Below are positions 28,104-36,332 of a DNA stretch of 64,000 nt, piece after piece. Source of the stretch: Chlamydiales bacterium. GTDB lineage: Bacteria; Chlamydiota; Chlamydiia; Chlamydiales; JAAKFR01. The notes under the pieces are model-generated. The model saw only the letters and a list, made by a program, of their open reading frames with translations, made no database searches and was not told where the DNA came from. The stretch lies in contig JAJACK010000001.1 in assembly GCA_022601535.1 (NCBI GenBank), forward strand, positions 441,085 to 505,084, written 5' to 3'. The position numbers were made by a program, and so were the translations under genes. Numbering within the stretch: position 1 is the stretch's first letter; each line of letters starts with the position of its first letter.

Positions 28104-30792
28104 CTTTCATCTCCCCAAATAGATCCAAAGCAATCCCTTTCCAAGCAAAAATCTCATCTCCCAGCTGTTTTGTTTGCAAAACCCACTGCATAGCAGTGTC
28201 ATATGTAGAAAAGTCCCCTTTCCCTTTCAAGATAGGTTCAACCCAGTGGGGGAAGAGGGGTGAGGCCATTTGACGAGATAAAAAGTAGTAAGAGATCAAT
28301 GTCTTTAGATAGGGAAGAGGGGATGTGAAAAATGGGGGCAATGTTTTTTCTCCCAAAATAAGGGGGACACTTTTCTCGACAGCATGGAGTAAATAGGCAG
28401 GCCAAATTTTTATTGCATTGGGGAATGTGCATTTTTCAAACCGAAAAATCCCTTCAGGAGTGATACCAGAGACCACTCCTTTCACTTCAACAGTTGTTTG
28501 TTGATCGATCTGAACTGTGACAGAGAGCTCTTTTTCTTCTCCTTTGATCTTTTTTATTTTTTCAAACCCAAGTTTTGCAAAAGGACCTGTAGGAAAATTT
28601 CCTTCTTTTTGCATCTTCCCCATAGCGATCTCTGGAGCCATTTTAAGCGACAACCGGTGAAACTTGGAACGTTGTAGTGGGGTGAGTGTAAACTCTTCTT
28701 CTTCTTTTAAAGGAGCCTCTTCGTAAAAACTCAGTTCATGGAAAAAGTGGGCCACAGGAAACCGAATCGCCTGCAAGAGCTCATTCAGTGAGAGGTGGTG
28801 CTCCCCTGGAGGGATTGAATGTGTTTTTGGAGAGTGAAAGAAAACCTCCTTTTCAGCCGCTTGAGAAGCTGCTTTTGCCAATACAAAATCTCTCTTTGAA
28901 AAATGGTTCAACCCCTCTTCTTCTGTAAAATAACGTCTATCGTGTGAGGTTGGTGGATGGATAATTCTCTTCCCTTTCATTTTTTGTAAAACAGAAGAGG
29001 GAGGTTCTATCCCTGTATCGAGGTAGCTGATGAAAAGTTTTTCCCGATAAGAAAGAAGCGCTTCTAAAAACAGGTAGCGATCGAGGTCTGTTTTTTTAGG
29101 AGCCCCTCCAGCTTCATCAAGAGAAAATGTCTCCTCTTGTCTCGGGAATTGATCTTGATTCATTCCAAGTAGATAGATCACTTTTGCAGGAATTGCTCGC
29201 ATTGGTAGAAGTGAGCAAAAGCGGACGGCTTCTGTTTCGTTTGAATTGTATGTCGCCTCTTCTACCTTCAAAACTTGCTCAAGAAGGGGGAAAAGCATCT
29301 CTCCACTATATTTTTTTTCAGAGGGGACAACCAGTTTGTCTAACGTGTCGAAAAGAGTCTGTTTATCAAATGCAAAATGTGTCTCATAAAGGTTTTTAAA
29401 GTGAGAAACCCACTTCTTCAACCCCCATCTTGTCCCATCATAGAGCGGTTTTAACCCTGAATAGATCTCATCTACTGTTTGAATAAAATCACCTAGAAGC
29501 TCTCCATCTGTTAAAGAGATTCGGTCAGATCCATACGCTAGATCTTCAATTAGTTGATCCACCCCTTGCTTGATCGTCGCATCTTCACTCCTCTTCCCTA
29601 AAATCTTCTCTCTATGAGATGGATCGACACCCCAACGAATCCCCGTTGTTTCCATCCAACGACGAACCGTCAAGATTCTCTCCTCATTCCACCCTTTTTT
29701 CTTTTGAAGAAGTGGATGACGAAATAGCTCTAAAAGAGCTGGAGCGCTCCACCGCTTCTTCTCCATCTCAAGCAAAAGCCAAAATCCTTTCACCTCAAGA
29801 TCAATAGAAATAGTTGGGAGATCGGTGATTTGACAAAGTGAGCCAAAGACCGCTTCAATCAAGTGTGCATACTTCGAAATATTTGGTGCCATCACCAGCA
29901 CATCGCGTGGATGCACCTTCTCAAAAAGGGGGAGGAGGTTGTCATAGCAAATCTCCACCTCTCGATGGGCTGTTGTTGCAACATGAAACTCTATCGATGG
30001 GTCATCTTCAAGTCCCTCCAAATGCAACATCGATACCTGAGTAGGTGAAAGCCCCTCTTGTTCATAATCTTCGACAACATGCAATGTGCTCTCTTCGATC
30101 TGCGCAGCAAGCCCCCTCCCCACAAAACCCAAATCGGCTAAAAGAGGGTGAGTCACCTCTTCGCTCCAAAACTCTCTACAAGGGGAGAGAACATATAGAA
30201 AACTTTGGAAAAGAGGGAAAAATTGGGGAGGAATATGGCTGAATCCAAAGAGATGCGTCGCTTTTTCTGTCGGCTTTACATTCCAAGCAAACCCAATTTC
30301 GTCCCATAATTTCTTCTGCCAAGGGTGATTCCACGTAGAAACACCATAAATACTGTAACGTAAAAAAAGAAAACTGAGCTGTTTTGCAAGGATCATTCGT
30401 CTCTTTTCTCGCCCTTTGAGATAGCTCTTTACAGGCTTAAAAAGTGGGTCTTCTAAGTGCTTATGGAGCGCTTCTTCAAGATGAATTGCAAGCTCTATAG
30501 GAGGAGGAGGTTTTTTTGCATCACAAAGATTAACAAGGGCTTGAGTCAATGAATAGATTTGAATTCCTGCAGCAACTCCCATCTCATCGGCGAGCCTTAA
30601 ACGGATCCATCTCTCCATTTCAAGACTGGGGACAACAACGATCCGTTCGGTAAAAGGGGAGGAGTTTTCAAAGAAGAGATTGGCCCTTAGATGGAGAAGA
30701 AGTTTCTCAAGGCGGTTGCTAAAAAAGAGGAACCCCTGATTAACTCTCTTTATGCTCAAAAAATGGTTCTCACCCTTCAGTTCTCTTAACAT
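28090..30792 (-). CDS. recC: Exodeoxyribonuclease V gamma subunit (RecC)
   Basis: 900 aa. The N-terminus FFSNRLEKLLLHL matches the RecC start (YHSNRLDVL in E. coli). The gene sits directly upstream of, and overlaps, recB by 14 bp. Confidence 0.8.
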   Translation of the reverse strand: MLRELKGENHFLSIKRVNQGFLFFSNRLEKLLLHLRANLFFENSSPFTERIVVVPSLEMERWIRLRLADEMGVAAGIQIYSLTQALVNLCDAKKPPPPIELAIHLEEALHKHLEDPLFKPVKSYLKGREKRRMILAKQLSFLFLRYSIYGVSTWNHPWQKKLWDEIGFAWNVKPTEKATHLFGFSHIPPQFFPLFQSFLYVLSPCREFWSEEVTHPLLADLGFVGRGLAAQIEESTLHVVEDYEQEGLSPTQVSMLHLEGLEDDPSIEFHVATTAHREVEICYDNLLPLFEKVHPRDVLVMAPNISKYAHLIEAVFGSLCQITDLPTISIDLEVKGFWLLLEMEKKRWSAPALLELFRHPLLQKKKGWNEERILTVRRWMETTGIRWGVDPSHREKILGKRSEDATIKQGVDQLIEDLAYGSDRISLTDGELLGDFIQTVDEIYSGLKPLYDGTRWGLKKWVSHFKNLYETHFAFDKQTLFDTLDKLVVPSEKKYSGEMLFPLLEQVLKVEEATYNSNETEAVRFCSLLPMRAIPAKVIYLLGMNQDQFPRQEETFSLDEAGGAPKKTDLDRYLFLEALLSYREKLFISYLDTGIEPPSSVLQKMKGKRIIHPPTSHDRRYFTEEEGLNHFSKRDFVLAKAASQAAEKEVFFHSPKTHSIPPGEHHLSLNELLQAIRFPVAHFFHELSFYEEAPLKEEEEFTLTPLQRSKFHRLSLKMAPEIAMGKMQKEGNFPTGPFAKLGFEKIKKIKGEEKELSVTVQIDQQTTVEVKGVVSGITPEGIFRFEKCTFPNAIKIWPAYLLHAVEKSVPLILGEKTLPPFFTSPLPYLKTLISYYFLSRQMASPLFPHWVEPILKGKGDFSTYDTAMQWVLQTKQLGDEIFAWKGIALDLFGEMKDAWF

Positions 30793-32479
30793 CGCTCAAT
30801 TTTGTACCACGGTCAATGATAATCTCTATAAAATTCTCTTAGCTTTTTCGCTCATCAGCCTCAAAGGGATTGAGCACAGCTACACGATTTTATCATTGGT
30901 TGGAGGGATCTTTGTGATTCCTTTCATCCTGTTTGCGACGACCGCCGGCTCAATTGCCGACCGGTATAGCAAAAGATCCATCGTCTACTTTACCCGTTTT
31001 ATGGAGATTTTCTCAACCTCCCTTGGAGTTGTTTGCTTTTATTTTCAATGGGCTATTGGAGGCTACTTTGTTCTTTTCCTCCTTGCCCTGCAAAGCACCC
31101 TCTTCTCCCCTTGCAAATATGGGATCATCCCTGAAATTGTAGAAAAAGAGAGAATCTCCCACTACAATGGAGTGATCACAGCTACCACCTATTTAGCGAT
31201 CATTTTAGGCACTTTTTTTGCCTCTTTCCTCACACAGGCGACCCATCAACACTACGTTTTAGCTTCCACATCGACACTTATTTTGGCTATTATTGGAACC
31301 ATTGCCACCCTTTGGCTCCCCAAAACAGCTCCTCAAGCTCCCGATAAAAAAATCTCATTTGATGTCTTTGGGGGAATTATTAAAGCATTAAAACGGTCAA
31401 GACAACACCGGTACCTATTTGAAGCTATAGTTTATGGAGCTTATTTCCTCTTTATGGGGGCGTACATGCAGCTCAATATGATCCCCTTCGTCACCCAATC
31501 GCTTGGACTTGCCGAGATTCAAGGAGGTTACCTCTTTTTGATGGTTGCCGTTGGAATCGGGATTGGATCATTTGCTGCAGGTCAGCTTTGCCGTGATGAG
31601 GTTGAGCTTGGATTTGTTCCCATCTCCACTTTTGGGATTGGGTTGGTTTTTCTCCTCTTATATATCTTTTCGTCCAATTTCTATATCGTCATCCCTCTTC
31701 TTATTCTTTCGGGTATTTTCGGAGGATTTTTTATCGTCCCCGTCGACATTTTTATTCAAATTGCAAGCCCATCTGAACACCGTGGACAAAATGTCGCAAC
31801 ATCGAACTTCCTCAGCTTTACAGGGGTAATTTTTGCATCAGCCCTTCTTGCTCTATTTGGAAATACCTTCAAGCTCACCTCCGCAGAAGGGTTTCTAGCC
31901 GTCTCTCTCCTCACTTTTCTATTAGCCCTTGCCTTAGCGGTTCTTTTTGCCGATCAACTCCTTCGACTCCTCGTCTTCTTTGTTGCCCGCATTTTCTGGA
32001 AGCTCAAAGTTGTAGGGAAAAGGCGACTCAAACAAGGACCTGTCTTGATTGTGGGGCAGCGAAATACGTGGTTTGACACATTGATTATCATGGCAACCTT
32101 GCCTCGAATGATCCGCTATATCGTCCCTATCGATGATGATATCGCTCACCACCCTCTCTACTACCGTCTTCTCAAGGTGATCCCCCTTGACACTGAAAAC
32201 TTCTCTCCCATAGGCCTTCCTGCACTCAACCAGATCAAAAAAGAGATCGAGGCAGGTAATTCTGTCTGCCTAATGCACCCTCCATCTAGTGAAGAGAAAA
32301 AGATGAAACAGTGGAGGGATGAGGTGGAAAAGTGGCTTGAAGGAGTGAATGTCCCTGCTCTTCCCGTTTATATTGAACATGAAGGGTCTGTTGAGCCCTC
32401 CAACCGTTTCCTCCAATTTTTCACGCTCATCCGGAAAGATGTCAAAGTTGGCTATGGAACGCTCATCGACCAACTATGA
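30752..32479 (+). CDS. LplT-like MFS lysophospholipid transporter fused to a PlsC-type acyltransferase-like domain with degenerate catalytic motifs
   Basis: 575 aa. The N-terminus AQFCTTVNDNLYKILL matches the LplT-family FNDNxxK block, and about 12 TM segments follow. The C-terminal ~170 aa has the PlsC layout, but block I reads QRNTWFD (32057-32077) instead of NHxxxxD, and block III reads LMHPPSS instead of FPEGTR. Confidence 0.65.
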   Translation: MLKKWFSPFSSLNIAQFCTTVNDNLYKILLAFSLISLKGIEHSYTILSLVGGIFVIPFILFATTAGSIADRYSKRSIVYFTRFMEIFSTSLGVVCFYFQWAIGGYFVLFLLALQSTLFSPCKYGIIPEIVEKERISHYNGVITATTYLAIILGTFFASFLTQATHQHYVLASTSTLILAIIGTIATLWLPKTAPQAPDKKISFDVFGGIIKALKRSRQHRYLFEAIVYGAYFLFMGAYMQLNMIPFVTQSLGLAEIQGGYLFLMVAVGIGIGSFAAGQLCRDEVELGFVPISTFGIGLVFLLLYIFSSNFYIVIPLLILSGIFGGFFIVPVDIFIQIASPSEHRGQNVATSNFLSFTGVIFASALLALFGNTFKLTSAEGFLAVSLLTFLLALALAVLFADQLLRLLVFFVARIFWKLKVVGKRRLKQGPVLIVGQRNTWFDTLIIMATLPRMIRYIVPIDDDIAHHPLYYRLLKVIPLDTENFSPIGLPALNQIKKEIEAGNSVCLMHPPSSEEKKMKQWRDEVEKWLEGVNVPALPVYIEHEGSVEPSNRFLQFFTLIRKDVKVGYGTLIDQL

Positions 32480-32492
32480 ACTAGATCTATAT

Positions 32493-32720
32493 TTATCGAT
32501 GAATCTGACCAGCAAGATAGAAAGGAAGCGACGACAATGTATATTCAATCAAAGCTCCGCTATGATCTTTAACCTTAACAGGGGTTACAGAGGGTTGTTC
32601 GGAATTAAATCTAACAGCAAGATTCGACCCTTTGCATTGCATAAACTGATGGAGGGATTTGAGAGATCCAGTCGCCCCAGCTTTCACTTCAACAGGAACC
32701 TCTTTATTTAAGGGAATTTG
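32493..32720 (-). pseudogene. 3' remnant (about 75 codons) of a DUF4143-type AAA+ ATPase gene
   Basis: Minus-strand translation gives (stop)QIPLNKEVPVEVKAGATGSLKSLHQFMQCKGSNLAVRFNSEQ...TLSSLPFYLAGQIHR. The pattern xEVKAG..G.LKSLHxFM...slPxYl is the C-terminal end of this ATPase family as recalled. No Walker region lies upstream, because the porin gene ends at 32754. Confidence 0.5.
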
Positions 32721-32753
32721 TCAAAAACTCGGGGGTGTTTTTTACGCTTTGGG

Positions 32754-34109
32754 CTAGAAAGCGTAAATGACTGTCATATCAAAGGTTTTGTAACGGAGAT
32801 CTCCACCAACACTTTTGTTTCTAGGAACTGTTCGAGCTGCCCGCGCACGGATCGAAAGAGAGTCGGTCATCGCAAAAAGAGCGCTTGCCTCCCACCCTTT
32901 GTAATTTGTAAATCCTATCGCTCCACTTGGCCCAAGCCCCTGGAGAATCGCATCGGAAAGAAGTGTGTTCCCCGCATTTCCATGCCCCACTCCTCTTAAA
33001 TCAAATTCTGGAACAGCCTGCGCTTGAACACTTTGGTAGTTAAGATCAATCGACCAATCACATGCTTTGCAAAGTTTTCCTAGTGTAAAGCCAATATACC
33101 AAGCGTTGTTGAGTTTTTTTCCATCTGTCGTTCTTGTCCGCTTTGCATCGTGATTAGCCAATACAGCAGCATAAGCATAAAGTGTTTTACAATGCACCCA
33201 AGGTAGCTTCCTCTCATACCCAAAGAGCATTTGAGAGACGATAAAGCTGTAGCGAGGGTTGTCCATGACAGTGTTGTTCCCTGAATTTGGGAGATTCCCA
33301 TAATCCAATGTGGGAGAATGACGGTGCCAATCGACAATGCTATATTTAAAACTTATTCCTGTCCCCATCCATTTTGTAATATAAGTTTCTGCAACCCAAC
33401 CATAATGATTTGTAAAGCTATCAACAATAAACGGTCCACCATGGATTGTAAAATTTCCAACAGTCGGCCAACATTTTGTAAAAAAGAGGTGTATTCCATC
33501 GAAGATAGAGACAAATTCTACACGGGATTCATAGAGATAGTCAAATTTACTCCGTCCCAACTCGATGTAAAAGTCAGTGGTTCCCACATGGTGCATGTCG
33601 TAACCGATAAAAGCACGATCGATTTCAACTTTGGCTGCAGTCCCTCCATCTTTCCCTCCAAAACTCACCCAACGGAGTTTGTTTGAAACCCAAGTTCTTG
33701 GGGCAGAATAATCTAAAAATAGATTTACCTCTGATTTAAATCGATTGATCGCTGTATTAGTTCCTGTTCCTCGCTGCTTGATCCCATCGAGCTTTTCACC
33801 TATTGTATTCCAACGTGCTCTAACATCACCAGCTATGATAAGTGATCCCTCTTTTTGACGACAACGGATCAAGCCTCGGCTCTCAATAAAGTCACGCAAA
33901 ACACGAGGGTCGATAAACTCATCTCCCTCAGGTCCAAAATCTCCATCTGATGCAAATCCTTGAGCAGAAGGACCTAGATTGTCCGCAGCCGCAATAAGAT
34001 CACGGTCATCGATCTCTTCGACAGCAGGAGGGTCGATAAGATCCTCCTCCTCAGCGGCAAACCCTGACGTCATTGCTGCAAGCAATAGCGCAAAGATAAA
34101 CTTCCCCAT
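32754..34109 (-). CDS. Outer-membrane beta-barrel porin-like protein with acidic N-terminal extension
   Basis: 451 aa with signal peptide MGKFIFALLLAAMTSGFAA. An acidic stretch follows (EEEDLIDPPAVEEIDDRDL...DGDFGPEGDEFIDP). The rest shows alternating amphipathic strands and ends in the OMP-type terminus DMTVIYAF. Confidence 0.7.
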   Translation of the reverse strand: MGKFIFALLLAAMTSGFAAEEEDLIDPPAVEEIDDRDLIAAADNLGPSAQGFASDGDFGPEGDEFIDPRVLRDFIESRGLIRCRQKEGSLIIAGDVRARWNTIGEKLDGIKQRGTGTNTAINRFKSEVNLFLDYSAPRTWVSNKLRWVSFGGKDGGTAAKVEIDRAFIGYDMHHVGTTDFYIELGRSKFDYLYESRVEFVSIFDGIHLFFTKCWPTVGNFTIHGGPFIVDSFTNHYGWVAETYITKWMGTGISFKYSIVDWHRHSPTLDYGNLPNSGNNTVMDNPRYSFIVSQMLFGYERKLPWVHCKTLYAYAAVLANHDAKRTRTTDGKKLNNAWYIGFTLGKLCKACDWSIDLNYQSVQAQAVPEFDLRGVGHGNAGNTLLSDAILQGLGPSGAIGFTNYKGWEASALFAMTDSLSIRARAARTVPRNKSVGGDLRYKTFDMTVIYAF

Positions 34110-34218
34110 TCATTCAATATAACAGATCACTGTTGAAAAAATCAGTCCTTTATTGTATTTTTTGTTTTCTTTTTCAAGAACGCCCCTATAGCGCTTGATT
34201 TTCCTAAGGATACGCCTG

Positions 34219-35337
34219 ATGTCTATGTCAATTCAATCCCGTATAGGATTAGGTCTAGAAAAAATTAATGAACAAACCACAGCAGAAGAGGCTGTGATTT
34301 GTCCCAATGGATGTATTGTCACAGGAGGCTCCAACGTTTTGATTTGGAGTTGTGAAGAGGAGATCGAGACATCGATTAAGAACGCATCCCCTCTTGGGTC
34401 ATCTTTAAATAGCAGATACATCGTCTGCCATACCTCAACCCCTTTGAGAGAAGAATGTGGGACGATCATCATTTGGGATTGTCAAACCAACACACCCCTA
34501 ACACTAGAAAGTGCGCATTTTCCTCCTCTTAAATGTTTTTTAGCAGACAATGCCGATCTCTTTGCAACACAAACAAAAAGCCATGTTCAAATTTGGCAGT
34601 ACGACGGAACACTCTTAGCAACCATCGATCATCCGACAGAGGAACAAAAGCTTACCTTTTCAGGAGATGGCTCGAGATTGGGGGTGATAGAAAGAGGTGG
34701 GGGCCTTATCACCCTTTTTAATCAAGAAGGGGACAAAATAGATCATTTCACTTTTGATCCTAAACCAGAAAATTTGTTTCTTTCTGATAATAAAAACCTC
34801 ATCATAGTGGGGTATTATTTTGATAATACAGAGATGAAACTAGGATATACAAGTGAGGTCTCTGCATGGAACTGCACAGATCATAGCACAGTTTTTACAC
34901 AAGAAATCCGTTCTCCTGATAAGCAAACTCTTCAATGTAAAGGCGATTACCTCTTTTTGTCCTCTAAAGAGAAAATGAAAATTTTTAGCCTAAAAAATCA
35001 ACCCCCCTTAACATTGGAGTTCCCTTTTGAACAAGATCTTGAGCACACCAATTGGTGTGTCTCTCAGGATGGGTCTACTGTCGCCCTACTAGCAACTTTT
35101 GCCGATCCTGAGCAACTCCCATCCCTCTATTTTTGGGATGCAAGTTCTGAAAAGTGCATCGCACAACAAAACATCGATATTCCTTGCCAGAAACCATTTC
35201 TAGCTCTTAAGCTTTCCTCCGGAGGAGAACATGCCCTCATAATAGGAAAAGAAAATAAGACCTATTTTGCACAAACTGTTTCTCTTACAAGAAAACAGAT
35301 CGAACAAACAGAAAAAGGGTGGTGTTCTTTACAATGA
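34219..35337 (+). CDS. WD40/beta-propeller-like repeat protein, paralogue A
   Basis: The track ORF starts at TTG 34195, but ATG 34219 is preferred. Repeat-like units include VLIWSCEEE, IIIWDCQTN, VQIWQYDG, FSGDGSRLG and VSQDGSTVA...LYFWDASS. There is no signal peptide. Confidence 0.6.
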   Translation: MSMSIQSRIGLGLEKINEQTTAEEAVICPNGCIVTGGSNVLIWSCEEEIETSIKNASPLGSSLNSRYIVCHTSTPLREECGTIIIWDCQTNTPLTLESAHFPPLKCFLADNADLFATQTKSHVQIWQYDGTLLATIDHPTEEQKLTFSGDGSRLGVIERGGGLITLFNQEGDKIDHFTFDPKPENLFLSDNKNLIIVGYYFDNTEMKLGYTSEVSAWNCTDHSTVFTQEIRSPDKQTLQCKGDYLFLSSKEKMKIFSLKNQPPLTLEFPFEQDLEHTNWCVSQDGSTVALLATFADPEQLPSLYFWDASSEKCIAQQNIDIPCQKPFLALKLSSGGEHALIIGKENKTYFAQTVSLTRKQIEQTEKGWCSLQ

Positions 35338-36332
35338 CAATAACCAAGGTGACTCATCAGACCGATCATATAGGAGTTCGGAAAGCATTAGTCGCTGATG
35401 ATGGCACTCCCATTCTAGGTGAGCACAATCTGACTTTTCTCGATGAGCTTAAAAATTCGCTTGGTCCAGCATACCCTCTTACTTCATCTCCAGATGGCTG
35501 TCGGGTTGTCTATCGATCGCCTAAATCAAGAATGTCTGCTGCATTTGTTTGGGATCAAAATAACCAAACACTGTATTCTCTAAAACCTAGCTCCCCTTTC
35601 CATCAAATTTGTGCCGCAAATGATGTGACAGTTTTAGCACTAGGACTCCTTCAGCAAATTCAAATTTGGACATATCAGGGTGCAATCATCACAACAATTC
35701 AAACTCCAAGAGGACAAGACAAGATTGCTCTTTCAGGCGATGGTTCTACACTTGGAGTGATGAATAGAGAGGCAATCACACTTTTTAATCACAAAGGAGA
35801 ACAAGTCCATTCTATCTCCATAAACCCTTCTGTTTGTCCAACCAATTTTTCTCTCTCTTTTGATGGTCAAATGGGCGTATGGTGCAGCAAGGATCAATGG
35901 TCTACCTGGAGTCGGGATCCAGAAAGTGATTTCAATCATCTCCAAGAAAGGCCCTGTTTAAATGTTCAATGGGCTGGGGATAACATCTTCTTCTTTCTCA
36001 CAGGTAAAGAGGTCATGATGTTCGATAAAAGTGGAACAAATAGATGCAAGCTCACCCTGCATGAACCGGAATCTAAATTAAAAGAAGTGATTTGGGCTCT
36101 CTCTTCTGATGGGAAAAGAATTGCTGCATTTACGCTATTTTCTGATTCGGAAAATCCATCCCTCAGAGTGTGGGATGCTCATCAAAAAGAATCCATTCTT
36201 CAAGCAAAAACCCCTATGGACCTCTTTCAGTCACTTACCCTTTCCCCAACAGGAGGGTATGCTGTTCTAACAAGAAAAGGTGAAACAAAGGATGAGCCGT
36301 GTTATGCCGATGTCTTAAAATTAGACCCTTAA
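35334..36332 (+). CDS. WD40/beta-propeller-like repeat protein, paralogue B
   Basis: ATG 35334 overlaps the stop of paralogue A (ATGA at 35334-35337). The protein aligns by eye with A: IQIWTYQGAIITTIQTPRGQDKIALSGDGSTLGVMNREAITLFNHKGEQV versus VQIWQYDGTLLATIDHPTEEQKLTFSGDGSRLGVIERGGGLITLFNQEGDKI, and LSSDGKRIAAFTLFSDSENPSLRVWDA versus VSQDGSTVALLATFADPEQLPSLYFWDA. Confidence 0.6.
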   Translation: MTITKVTHQTDHIGVRKALVADDGTPILGEHNLTFLDELKNSLGPAYPLTSSPDGCRVVYRSPKSRMSAAFVWDQNNQTLYSLKPSSPFHQICAANDVTVLALGLLQQIQIWTYQGAIITTIQTPRGQDKIALSGDGSTLGVMNREAITLFNHKGEQVHSISINPSVCPTNFSLSFDGQMGVWCSKDQWSTWSRDPESDFNHLQERPCLNVQWAGDNIFFFLTGKEVMMFDKSGTNRCKLTLHEPESKLKEVIWALSSDGKRIAAFTLFSDSENPSLRVWDAHQKESILQAKTPMDLFQSLTLSPTGGYAVLTRKGETKDEPCYADVLKLDP

